From Azolla caroliniana (lineage: Eukaryota > Plantae > Polypodiophyta), in the NCBI GenBank assembly GCA_043228905.1, contig JBHGNT010000005.1, positions 310,001-374,000 of the forward strand: 64,000 bases of DNA, written 5' to 3'. The position numbers and the translations under genes were made by a program. Under the pieces are notes generated by a model. That model did not search any database, was not told the origin of the DNA, and saw nothing but the letters and a program-made list of their open reading frames with translations. Below, in pieces: positions 25,723 to 39,200 of this stretch. Every line of letters begins with the position of its first letter. Position 1 is the stretch's first letter.

Positions 25723-28189
25723 CAATGATCCTCAAAAGATTGTAGCAAGACACAAATGAGTCTAAAATCCTCACCCCCGTTACATGGGGTTAGGTATAAG
25801 GTATGGAATAATAAGATGATGAGAGATCAAGAAATCGAAAGAGTGTCAAGAGGAGATCCTTGAGTTTTGATATGTAACGAGTCTACGATCAATGACCACG
25901 TCACCTTTTGTTGTCATAGGCCTCCTATGTGTCCTCGTGACTTGCTATCCCATGATAATATGTTAGTTAACAAAGCTAGGTATATTCCTCAAAATCTCTT
26001 TTCCTAGTATATCTCTTCTCCGTCTTTTATAGGTTTGATGAGCCCACTACCAAAATAATAACTTCCTTCTGTTGCAAAAAACATGTCTCCTTTTTTATTT
26101 CTTTCATTACCTTTCTCTCTTTTGTTACTCTTAAGGGGATTTGGATTGTACACTTTACCATCCCAATAATAAGTTCTTTGCCAATTGAGCTATATATTAT
26201 TTAGTTTAATCATTTTCTATTCAATTTCTAGTTCTTTGACGATTGCATTAGCTTACAATAAAAAACTTGGGTTTTAGGCAATTTTCTCACCCACATCTCA
26301 AGTGTGTTGTAAACTCCCAACCATGTGGCAGGCTTCACCAATGCCAAAGGCCAACTAGGCCAAATTGTCTTGGACATCTTGTATATTTTGTTATATATCT
26401 ATTTGTGAATATGATAGCCATCTCTTAGTGTTCTTTGAATCGATTCTCTGTTGCCCATTTCTCTATCTTTGACTATAATCAATTGTGTCATTTTCATGAT
26501 CTTGCCTTTGTGTATGTATAACATTATTCCCTCTCGTAGTGTTGTTATAGGTTCATTACATCAGGTCATACAATAGTTTAGTTTGTTAGCCAATCTAAAC
26601 ACAATTCAAGCTTATGATTCAACTGGAAGGGCTAGGATACAAGGAACTGGAGGAGAAAAATAAGATGAGTGTTGGAAGACATGACAGGCATAGGCGCAAC
26701 CCAAGGGCATGTGGTGAGAGATGAGAGGAATGACAAGAAGATCAAAGGACTAGGCAAAGTAGTGAGATATATGACTGAACAAAAATTAGCATTAAAATAA
26801 CATGACAATGAATTAATGTCCTGTAATTGGTATTAGTCTCGTTTGTACATTACGCATGTACAATCAATGAACTATGCTTGTGGCATCTCGATACTTTATA
26901 TACATGCAATTCTCAATGGCTTTCCAATTTCACGAGCTAGGTGTTACAATACAATCCTACAATCTCCGATACCTACAACCTTACAATCCTCAACTAGTTG
27001 GTGGTCATTACAAGATAGTATTTATGACCCCATTCAAATCTCACATCTTTAAGGGGTAGCAATATTTAAATGTCTCAAAGATGATAACCCAATCATGAGA
27101 ATATTCTTAATGCCCCTTAATAGGTTGATGATATATGTAAGAAGAGGAGCCCTCTAATAGTAATTTCAAACTTTTGTTGAAGTTGGAAATAGACAAATTA
27201 ATATGAAGTGAATTATGGCATAAAAGTAAACAACGTGGATATAGGACTACAAATAGCTAGTTTAGACTTTAGAATACAATATTAGAATATCAAAGCTTTT
27301 TTCGAAGAAAAACTATAGTGAAGGAATGACATTTCACAACAACATAATTTGCATACATTATGAAGAGTGATGGCAACCAAGTTCAGAATTGTGATCTATG
27401 TATCAATGAAATAAGCCATCACATGAGATTCATTCATTTGAAAACTTGCAAGTTTCTTCAAAAGTGCTACTATATGAGACACTTTCAAATTTGATGGATC
27501 CCATTGAGATAAACAAATCGAGATGGCACACTTATCACCATTTAGATAAACTATTAAGGTGGCATACTTGTCATTATTGTTGTGGAGTATTGTTGAAGAT
27601 TTATGTATTATATCTTCTCATATGACCATGCTAATATGTAGAGGATTTGTAATGATGAAAATTCTACATTTGTTTGAATCAAATGACCCGATGATGATTA
27701 TGGCCTCAAGGTTTTCTTTATTCCCAAATGTTCATTATTTTTCATTATTTCCTAAAATGTTCTTAGTCAACTCCTAAAAGAGAGAAAAGGGGGCTGAATT
27801 GGCGATATAATTACTTAGATAACACACAATTGAGAAAAAATGGTTGTGGGGACACGACTCTTCAAATGGTGTACATCCAAAGATTGTGTACATATAATTT
27901 GATGATTATGATCACACTTTATGTGTCAACATTCTCAAATATCTTGCAATTACCAATCTAGTAATTGCGTATCTTGTTGGGGATGTAATTGCAAAATTTA
28001 CAGGCTTCATAACTTAGAATGTTATTTGCTAAATGGAGATTATGTGGATATACATATTGAGTGTACCCCCCTTTTCTTTTGTTTGTGCTTTGTAGTCAAG
28101 TGAAAAGGAAAATTACAAAATTGAATGACATCAAAACTATTTTGAACCTTGACTGACTTGGGTCGTTACATGCTTCTTCTTCTTCTTTT

Positions 28190-30094
28190 AAGTCAAGATT
28201 CACCGTGGTATTAATGAAAAGATGCCTAAAGGCTACAAAGAATCCATACAATAAATTATAGCCCTCCTACCCACATCAATTAGCATGTCTAGTAGCGAAA
28301 ACCCTCATGCATGGTCCTTTCAAGGCAGGGGGCGGAAAAAGCCATCTTGGTGGAGCACATCTCCACTTTATTTTATCCCCAAAAAAGGTGAAGACCTCTT
28401 CCTTTTTCCAAATTTCTCGAAATTGTTGTTGCTTGCGAAACACAACATCAGGCTCACCATGTATTGCCTCATATGGACCTCTTAGAGTATGCAGGAGCAT
28501 CTACCATATTTCCTCGAGTAACTCAACCGCATTCAGTTTGACTTTTTGAAATACACACTTACATCTTGCCTTCCATAATATCTAAACTACTAAAGAAGAT
28601 ATCATAGACCAAACCTTGTCCTCTTCCAAACAATGGATTGGTGTAGTACAAGTGGCCTCCAATACATGTTTTCCATCGGAGAGGAGACGAAAATCAACAT
28701 AGTCTCTTTCATAATTGTGTATTTCTTCAGCCAACCTTCCCCATCTCACAAAACCTCATGTGTACACATTTACCATAAATAGGACACAAAATTCTCATCA
28801 TTCTTTTCCATACTACTCTGGCTATAGGACATACCCATAAATCATGGTGAACCGTTTCATTGGGAAAACCACAACTGTCACATTTTATATCATGGCAATG
28901 TTAGTTGAATCCTCTTCCATCATCCAACTGGGAGTAGAGCATTTGACCATCGGGTGCATTGCTCCTTTTTTGACCTTCAATCGATACTATTGGTTGAAGA
29001 AAATCATGTAAAAAATGTGTGATGTAGGTGATGTTATGCAACGGAAGTGAACTATGTGTGAGTACGTAAGACGTGTAGAGAGAAGGAGAGAGAGGAACTA
29101 GAATAAGAAGTTGTATTAGTGAAAAATATGATTACATCGAACAGTAACTAAGTTACAAAAGGTTGGTTTAAATACCAACTAGTCTAGGGCAACTGCCCTT
29201 TTTATTATTTACAAAACTAGCCTAGTGTGTCCACTGCGTGTGAAAACACTTCATTGGGAAAGTTGGGTTTGATTCTCAACACCGGGGTTGCCTTTGGTTG
29301 TACTGACATTGGCTTGGTTGGCCCCTTCTTCCACGGCCTTGTCCTCTTCCGTCATCCAAGTTTGTGTAAAGCATTTGTCTGTAACATCGACTGGAGATTG
29401 AAGGAGGGAGACTTCTCTCTTGCGAGGACGGTCGATCGAATGGCACTGAAACGTGGTGCTAAGACACTGAGGCATATCTGCACCATTTCATCATCGTCAA
29501 TATTGACATTGGTCGACCCGAGGGAGTCACACAACTCCTTGATATTCAAGATGTAGCTATCAATGGACATATCCCTTTGTTGAATACTATTCAACTCTTG
29601 GCGGAGCTGAAACTTTCGAGCAGTTGTGTTTGCCGCAAATATTTTCATGAGTTTCTCCCACGCCTCCTTTTGGCCTCTCGGATGTATCCAAGCATGTGAT
29701 CATGGACGCATGATGCAAGACAATACAACACCTGACTCATTGCTTGCTCCCAAGCAGGATGGTCAGCATGTACTAGGTTGGGTTAATTTTCGTTTGCTCC
29801 TTCAACATAACTCCAATAACCTTGGCCGACAAGGTATTGATGCATCTTGTACTCCCAAGATGCGAAATTGTTTTTGTCGAGTTTCTCTGTAGGAAGAGTG
29901 CTTCACATCTTAATGTTCATGTCGAACTTCTTCTTCTCTTGATTCAAACTGTGCAGGTTGTTGCTACAACGATCAACCGGTTCTCTGTGAACATGGTATT
30001 AGACACAACACATGTGAAGGCAATGCGCTTGGATCAAGCTACCAAACACTCTAATACCATGTAAAGAATCGGTGATGATTTTGTGTAGCGGAAG

Positions 30095-30146
<52 letters not shown>

Positions 30147-31480
30147 ACACAAGACACGGTGCTTGTAGTGTTATCGACTTACCACTAGGGTAAGTTAATT
30201 ACGATAATAATAAAAAAGAAAAAAAAGAGAGAGATAACACAAGAAAATACAAAAAAATAGAAAGTTGTATTAACACTAGCAAGAATGAGCCAATAACAAC
30301 AGCTATTACAAAGAGAAGGAGACGGTGAGGCTTATGTAGTCACCTTCTCTCTAAGTTCTCTCACTGAAACGACCCCTTGGGAAAGAGGTCGACCCTTAAC
30401 TACTTAAAGAATATGTGACATAGGATATTAACTTCTATGACACACTAGTTACTATACAAGGAGGTGGGGTGTTCACACACTTGAATGTCCTAGAGTGTGT
30501 TCCCACACATGGGAAGTTGAGTTTGATTCTCAACAAGATGTTGTGGAGAAAGTCCATTTCGTCTCTCCTAAAGACATTTGCATTGGTTCTTTCCATGATC
30601 TAGCACCTAATATTTTCCTACCAATCTTCACAGAATATTGAAATAATGGCACATATTTTATTTGATCTTGAACCCATACCTTCCAACACAATTATCCAAG
30701 ATCCCAAGATAATCTAGATATTGGCCTCCTTTCCATAATCCAAATCCTCCAAAAAGAAATCACGTTTTGTGGATCCTGATCTAAGAACCAATTTGATCCA
30801 TCATTTGTAATCACCCCCAATTCTTTATGCAAACAAAAACTAAACAACTTAGTTTCTTTAGGTGTGAAGAGTAACCTACCATCATAATGTACATAAAAAA
30901 TCACACACTCTTGTTCCCCAATATAGGCTTTTACTCCAACCAAAACACCCAATAGAGTAAATAAACCCATCCACTTTTGTATGGCTGATCCAATTTGTAT
31001 CTGAATATTAGAAAGGGTATTTTGTATTGAAGAATACATTATCTTTCAACCCCTTATATTACTAAGCAATAGTGCTCATTGGTCTATAAGTTTAGACAGA
31101 AATGTTGTCCACACACCTATAGATTGTGTTGGTCCACGATCTATATCTTCCATGCACATCTAGTACACCTTCCCAATATTTGTCCCCTTTGGTTAGTCAA
31201 CCATGAATTCCAAATCAAAGGTTGTCTACAGATTTCAGATTCTGTTTTTGGCAATCTCTTAACTAATCAAGAGAAACATTTTTCCATGCATTAAGAATAG
31301 ATCAAGCAAATATGTCTACCCAGTTTGTAGAAATAGCCAACTTGTTATGTTCCATAAAAGTCCATCAAAAACTAGGCCTCCAATCCCCACCAGTTTTGGG
31401 ACAAAACTTTTGTAATTCGTATAACAACAATTGTTTCGAAGGTTCTGATCTTGGTAACATGCTTGTATGATATTATTTGG
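28190..31480 (-). mobile_element. Degenerate L1-like LINE interrupted by the Copia remnant at 29007-30535
   Basis: C-terminus FREIWKK...WRCAPPRWLFPPP matches WNYQPPRWLFPT of the other LINE. Its 3'UTR is shared with the stub at 11.6 kb. ISRLSWD-type post-RT motif at about 30700. Right boundary approximate. Confidence 0.7.
29007..30535 (-). mobile_element. Truncated Copia: LTR (30060-30535), tRNA-Met-type PBS, gag fragment, and a second diverged LTR (29007-29281)
   Basis: Both LTR-like units start TGTAAA and end GATTCTCAACA on +. The PBS reads TGGTATTAGAG on - next to 30060. Gag UBN2-like translation KIFAANTTARKFQLRQELNSIQQ...IKELCDSLGS. Confidence 0.8.
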
Positions 31481-34400
31481 TATTAGATCTAACATTTTAC
31501 GATTTGATTTGCTCTGTGAGAGATAAAATTATCTACATATATCCCCTCATTGATAATTATGCCTATATAAAAGTGACACCTCGAACATTGTGCATGCTTG
31601 ACATGTGCGACCACCCACATTTGTATTTCATCAATTAAAAATGAATGTCCCACCAAAGGAATTCTCTATAATATTTTTGCTTATTTTTACACTCGTATTG
31701 TTGAACACGTATATCTTTAATTTGAGCGAGTTATCAATCACAATATGGGGATGCATGTTTCTATTTTAATTTATGTATCGATTTTAATTAAGCGGTCAAA
31801 TTAGTAAACTTGTTCCATGGCATGTACTTTTACATATATAAAATTTGCAATTCTTGAACCGTATTACTATATACAAATACAAGACTTGTTCTTTAAATAC
31901 GAATAAGACACTTTGTGTTATTCGGTGTGCATAGTCATATGAACTATTCAATAACATTCATTGCAATAACATGTCAAAACTTGTGGTTGAATGGGAACAT
32001 AAGACAGTACCTTATAAAACACTAAAAATAGAAAATGGGTGTGCCTTTGGAATCTGGATTAAGTTAATGTAGTGGAATAAATTTTTTGTGTATGATATTT
32101 AGTCATAAAAGAATGTCACCGTTGTTGTCAAACGTACAATTGTACATTTCTCAAATGATGCCATGCTTATGACACAAGAAGGAAACTCATCAATAACATA
32201 TAAGAAGATAATCTTGAGCTTCATGATATATTGCATACCTTTATTTACAAAGTCATGCCAAAATTTTAAGCATATTGATATCTTGGGTTGATGGTCTATA
32301 CTAGCATTAACATAATTTTACCACACATGTGTGTCACACATCTCGAAGTAGTGCTTGAGACACAAACATATACACACGCATAACATTAAGATTTTCCTAG
32401 AACATTTTTGCATACAACATTTATAGCTAGTTTCAATAGCTTGTGTGATATTTTTAAGTTGCTTAAAAGCAATTAACAGTAAACATCACAACTCTTCAAC
32501 TAGTGCTTGAGAGATTTAAGCAATACACCCATAACATTAAGATATTAGTCGAAAATATGCTGCATACACAATTTATAACTGGTGTCAAAAGCATGCACAG
32601 TATTTTAAAGGCAATAAAAGCAATAAAGTAGTATACTACACATGTGTGTCATACATCTCCAAGCAAATGTGCACTCGTACTCCTTTCAATAATATTATTA
32701 ACATTGAAATATTAAATCACAAATTCAATGTTGGTGCAAATCCCAATGATATTGTGCCTTAATACAAATATAGTATACAACCTTGGTAATTTTAGTTAGT
32801 TCTCTTTGTAAGGAATGAAAATGAGAATCCATTATCTATGCTCCTAAGCATGCAAGAATGAGTTATTGTCGAAGCTTTCTAGAAAAAGTAAAGCGAAAGT
32901 CCGAGCAGCAATGATGCATGGCAAAATTTGCATGATGTTATGAATCACCTAACATGTATGCATGATAACTTTTAAAGGGTGTGACGAGCCCCACATCATG
33001 CTCTCAAGATGGTCCGTATAAACATACTTGTGTGGTGTGATGATTAAAGATCTTGTAAGGAAAATGAAAAAAGGAAGCATACATTGTATATGGAGTGTTG
33101 AGAAAATGTTTATTTGTTTATAATACATTTGACTTACCATCAATTCATTAAGTTTTGTGAAGGTCAAAATATATAGATGACGAACACATATCATTTTGAA
33201 ATATGACATATTTCACACTCAATGTATCACTCAAAATACCTCATATTTTGTCATAAGTTGGTGGTTGGGGGAGTAGAAAGTCTAATGGCAAGAGCTACCC
33301 AAAGTAGAACATGTCTAATGAGAAGCATAAGATAAAACCAAATTCTATTTTAGTTTGACATATTTTTGTGTTAACAACCTTCTACCTCAAAATACCAAAG
33401 AAAGGAAAGAAGAATTGTGAATATACAAGGTTCTTATTTTCGCACATAAGGCAACTACCACAATTGTAGCAACTAGTGCCTAGGGATGATTTGTACCCAT
33501 GTCATTGTTGGGATGTGGTCAATGTGACAAGATCATTACAATGAACAAAAATAATCATGCTAGTTTCTTGCATGCGTTATTAGGAATCTGAAATATATGT
33601 AGTTATTTTCACAAGTTAAACAAAGTGATAATGCGTGAGCATACTTGAAATAATACAATCTTATATTTAAAACTTGACTTGAACATAATTACTTGGTGAT
33701 AGGCAATGTTTGTTACGTGTTAAACCTTACCACAAACGTTTAATCCATGGATCCTATTGCCAATTTCTTCCATGCTTACTTATAATGTACACATTTGTAA
33801 TTGATGTAAAAGAAAACTGCATGAGCATACATTCATTGCGACATTTACTTAAATGTTCGCAATCAACCTATCTTATTGTAGCTATCCATCGACGCATGCA
33901 ACTACCCATTGGAGACATTTGCAGTATTTCAAAAGATACATTATTGAATTAAGATGTGTGTTGTAACTACTACTAAGGTCAAAGTTACTATAATAAATAG
34001 GAAATAACTTACCTTGTAAGAGTTAGTGTCCTCAAATGACAAGAAAAACTAGTGGTTCGCTATACATAAAATATTAACCCAATGTTTAATATGTGAAAAT
34101 TGTTTTTCCCAATATATAATAAGACCTTGAAGGATGCTTCCTAACAAAATCAATGTAAAAGAGCACACAAACATTGTTGAAACTCTATTAATTTCACACA
34201 AGTAATGGACCTAACGATGGTGTGTATACATTTAAGCAAGTTATGCCATCAACTTTTGTACATTTTCAAGACATTTATAATGTAGTTTCCTAAACTAAGC
34301 GTGGTTGGATTGTTAGTACAATAGCCTATGTTTGGCTATTTCCTTGTAAAGTTCTCTAATCATAACCCGCGCGCACTCTTGGTAGGCCCATAGCACATCA

Positions 34401-34844
34401 ATTTCCAAGAGAACTGATAATGCCCCTTACATTGGGGTCAATCACAAAAACATAATATGTTGACTTATAACATGAAAATGCAAGAATTTTAATGATATGT
34501 AAAATCTATTATTCAATTGTATAATTTATTTTTTAGTGCCATGAAAATACTACTATTCATGATATGCAAAGAATCCAATGAAAATGTTCAAATGCTAGAT
34601 GGCAAAACTTAAGGATGTCAAGATTAAAACAAATACCATGTCATAGGCTTTGAGGTTGTGAGCCTACATCTAAAGGACAATCTTTTGTCAAGATTTGATC
34701 CATGTAAACCTGAATCTTGGGGCTATCCATACTAATACAAGTTAATTATTCATCTGGGGCAATGTCCTAATGACATCCAAGTAAGAGATTAAATAAATGA
34801 TAGTAATTGAGTATGAATTAAGGTATAAGTTTCTAAATTGAATG

Positions 34845-35240
34845 TTCCACCAATGTCCATTAACTAAAATGATGTAGTGGAGGGGAGGAGTGTTAATTCA
34901 TTGAGCACTTACAAGCACGGGACTTACTATTGTTATCACTTCATGTTCCCCTCAAAATATAAGAGGAAATTTAAGTCAATCGAATGACGATAGTAGCTAC
35001 GACATGAAATATTCCACCAATGTCCATTGACTAGGAGGGGATAAGTGTTAATTCATTAAGCACTTACAAGCACGGGACTTACTATTGTTATCACTTCATG
35101 TTCCCCTCAAATATAAGAGGAAAGTTAAGTCAATCGAATGACGATAGTTGCTACGACATGAAATATTCCACCAATGTCCATTGACTAGGATGATGTAGTA
35201 GAGGGTAGGGATTACTATAAGTGTTCATTCGTTGAACATT
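34845..35240. repeat. About 155-165-bp tandem repeat, about 2.5 copies
   Basis: TTCCACCAATGTCCATT recurs at about 34845, 35012 and 35166 with near-identical sequence between. Confidence 0.9.
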
Positions 35241-36786
35241 TAGAAGTATTGGACATGCTCTACTCAAATTATAAGATCAAAATTGAGATGATTGAATGAC
35301 AAGCATGACCACTCAAGAATTTTGAAGCTTCACTAAAACAATGTGTAGCCTCGATAAGTGCAACCTTCAATTCTAAACCTGTGACATTCTACACTTGGTA
35401 TAAAATAAGGAAGATATGAAAATTGCCCATGTTAATATTGAGAATATAAATTCTATCTTTGGTGAAGAAAATGTGGCATGCCTCATTGTAGGCTTCTACA
35501 AAAAGAATTGTTGAGGGCATGTTTTAGGCCAAATCTAGAATTCTATTTGTATTTAGCTCCTTTTCCTTCATACTGGATTTCGTGAGTTTGTTTGGAGGTG
35601 GCAAGATTATGTGATTCGTTGGCATTATAATGATTGAAAGTTTCTAACATTTGTCACTATTTCATATGCTTAGTGTTCCATGGATCTAGCTTGGTCATGC
35701 CGTTTTTTTATGAAGGCATCGACAAGCCATTTATTGGAGTGCTTGGAGAGGAAGTACCATCAACATGAACAATTATGGGAATAATATGGTGAGTCGGTAA
35801 TGAATGATCATTATGGTTTGTAGTCCTCCATTGTCCACTTAGGTCCCAAGGTTGTTATAAAGGGAGTTTTGCACAATTGTCTAATGATGGATAACCTTCA
35901 ATCTTCACTTTCTCGAATGCAATGGCTTTTAGAAGATGGAGCCCATGGAGCACCAAAGTGCCTTTGATGGGAATGTGCTCTTGGTTGGCTCAATGTATCC
36001 TAGTCAACTTCCCCTTGTTTGAAATTACAATTTCTACCATAAGGTCTCTCTACCACATTGCCTCACATCCTGATAGCTTATCATATTGGTTCCTTATCAA
36101 AGAAAATATCTCAAAGTGAAATAATATACAAATTTGCCCACATGCCCATTAGAAACACCGTATCATCTTGTAGTACACACATACAATAGGTTCTTAACAA
36201 GAGTATGGTATTTGATTACTCTCCATCTTTCCACTTCCATCCTTTATCAAGTTCAAATTGATCGCCAACAACATGTAAGCGGACTTGTAGTCCATTCCAA
36301 AAGCTTTAAGAAATAAGGGTGTATACTTATTCCCATGAAGAAATACTTCTTCATACCAAACAAAAATGTTGTACAACCAAATCCAGCATCTTGAATTCAA
36401 AAAGCTTTCACTTGAACATACCAAGATGCACTTAGTTAGATTGTAAAAGGCAACATGGATTGAAATATCATATATGGTTTTGACATTCTTGAATAGTTGT
36501 CAAAGTTCTCTTCAAATGTATTCAAATGACACCAATGGATTCATTCGTGTCTCTTCCTTCAATATTCAACAAGTGCAAACCATTTTTTATCTTTATTGCA
36601 AGACTTCAAACTCTCCCACAACCATGGTAAATTGGAACCTATACTCAAGACGACATCCTCCTAAATGACACGACAAATCATGACCCCTTATGAAGATCCA
36701 ATGCTATCGCAAAACAAGATTGTCCCATGGCCTCTCTATCCTTTATCAAATACATGTTGCAACATTTATGTCTAGGCCATGTATTT

Positions 36787-39200
36787 CCCATCCCCAATGC
36801 GACTGAAGATTTGCTGTTATCTGAATATACCGATGATACGATTCTTTTCTTGCAAGGTGATGAGGAGAATCTGCAGCGGGCTGAACATCTTGTCGAGGAC
36901 TTTTGTCAAGCGGTTGGTGCCAAGATCAATTGGAATAAAACCCAAGGCCTATGGTTCAGCGAACAAGAGAAACCAAGATGGCAACCCCATGCCGATTTTA
37001 TGTGGGTCCCTAATGGGACGACGTTCAAGTACCTTGGATTTACGATGGGGAGGTCAATCCCCAAGGGAGCGCAATTGGCCCACGTACAAGCCAAAATAAA
37101 CAGGAAGTTGACCCAATGGAGTAGATCTAAACTATCCTTCGCTGGTAGGGTCCTTGTTGCGAACCAAGTGTTGCTCGCTACCATGTGGCACTCAGTCTCC
37201 TGCTGGATTATGGACCCTGCAGGTTTGCACGCGATTAAGGCTGCCATCAGGTGGTTTATATGGTCAGGTAAGGACAACCCAAGGGCTGCTGCCAGAGTAT
37301 CATGGTGTTGGTTAACGCAACCGCGGGCCAAAGGGGGGCTTGGCCTCATAGACCCCTTAATGCAAAGTCGTTCATTGCTGGCTAAAATGGTGGTTCGCTG
37401 CCTCCTGCCAGGTAAGGGGTGCTGGAAGGTACTACTTCGCAACAGGCTGCAAGCAGGGACTCCCAAGTATGGTAGGCCTTGGCCTGACTCCTTGAATTGG
37501 TGTTGCACGAGTGGAGTCCCACCCAAGCTAGCTTGCCATCCGGAGGACAGGGTCGCGAACTCCATCTTGCGGGCATGGTGCCATCTACGACAACATTTGG
37601 TCAAACACACCCCGGAGACATTGACCGAATGGACTAGACAACCACTATTCTAGAATCCTCACGTGCGAACAAGTGACGACACGATGCTAGGGCAACATAA
37701 GGGCCTAGCATGGGGAAAGATGGCACAAACAAGCCTCCTATCTATAGACGATTGGAGACGCATGGCTGTTTCAAGAAGAGCCCAAGAGGACCTTTTCCCT
37801 CCCCTCAAGGGAGCTACGAAAATGCGGAGACTGATAGCTGAGGCAGTTGACAGGGTTCCGATGGGGGAGGCGAGAGAACCTGCATGGTTCGGTCTCTTTG
37901 ACGAGGTTGGAATGGTCAAGTCGCTAAAGGGTGTGAGCGGATCGGGGAGAGATATAGTTTTTGGGGACAGTCAGAGCAGGGGCTCTTGGCACCTAATCCG
38001 AGTGGTGGCACAGGTTGACAACATCTGGAAGACAGACCTAGATGTTGCTAAGGTGGAACCCTATTGGAGGTTAAGGGTATATGATTGTCGCCCCCTTGTC
38101 GATCTGGATTGGGACCTAGGGGATTTAAGAGGGAAACATGATGATAGACTCCATCACTTCTTCGATTACACCACTAAATTGGGTCGGACTTTGCAGCTGC
38201 AGCTGGGCAACCCCCTTCGCAATGGCTGGCGAACATTGGGCATCCCCGATGAGGCGCTCATTACCTTTTGGAAAGGTCTTTGGCACCTCCACATGCCTGA
38301 AAAGATCAAGCTCTTTTGGTGGCAGATCGGTCATAATGTGGTGCCCGTTGGTGAATGGCTAGGTAAACGCGGCGGCCCGTTAGGCTGCCCACTATGCTCT
38401 CGACCTATTGAGACTCTGAGACATTGTATGTGGGATTGCCCTCAAGCTCAAAAGATCTGAGATAGAGTGACTCGCCTCCTTGCGGCATGTGAAGTTGAAG
38501 GAATAGCCTCATGGAGCGCTGCGGCATGGATTGGTCACTCGTTCGAAGGGTGGACGGACACCGTCAATGCGGATAGTTGGTGCTATGTATGCACGAGAGG
38601 CAAAATCGTCAAGATCCGTTTCGAAAGAGGCTTGCAGCTCGCATCCCCTAGGTTTCCAGAAATCTGGATGCTGATCGCAGGTTTCACCTTGTGGTACATA
38701 TGGAAAGCGTGTTGCCTCAAGGTTTTCCAAGGTACGGTACGGCCCCCGGAGGAAGGGATCATGGACATATGGTTCACGATTATCAACAGCCTACAAGGGC
38801 AATTGGAAGAGATTTGCAGCCACTCCAACGACGTGATCTCTGCCCGGTTGCGCTTTTGGCAGAAATGGAGGAACACACCTATGGTGATGCAAGGCGGGAG
38901 TGGCCCGGGGTGGAATTACCAGCCCCCACGCTGGTTGTTTCCTACTCACCTGCCACCCTCTCTTCATTGTAGGCCCCAAGAGCCGACTCGTACTAGGCAA
39001 CATTGAAGGGCATCGCCTTAGATATAGGTAGCTTCTTACATTAAGTTAGGCCGCAAGGCATTGTAAGTAGGCTCATCTTCTTTTACTTGATCAGAGGAAG
39101 ACTCCCCGATGTGTGTATAAGTCTCCTTGTAGACTCTCTATGTAATAATCCTTCCTAACTAATGGGAAAGTAGCTTCATTTTGAAAAAAAAAAAAAAAAA
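36787..39200 (+). mobile_element. 5'-truncated L1-like LINE (RT C-half, zf-RVT, poly(A))
   Basis: EYTDDT (YADD motif), GAKINWNKT, FKYLG, KGGLG and CPLC..ETLRHCMWDCP. Three ORFs in one frame are split by only two stops. A-tract at 39185-39200; visibly more GC-rich than its flanks. Confidence 0.93.

Noticed and set aside
36906-39003. Several long antisense or alternate-frame ORFs over the LINE
   Set aside because: Expected shadow ORFs in GC-rich coding sequence.
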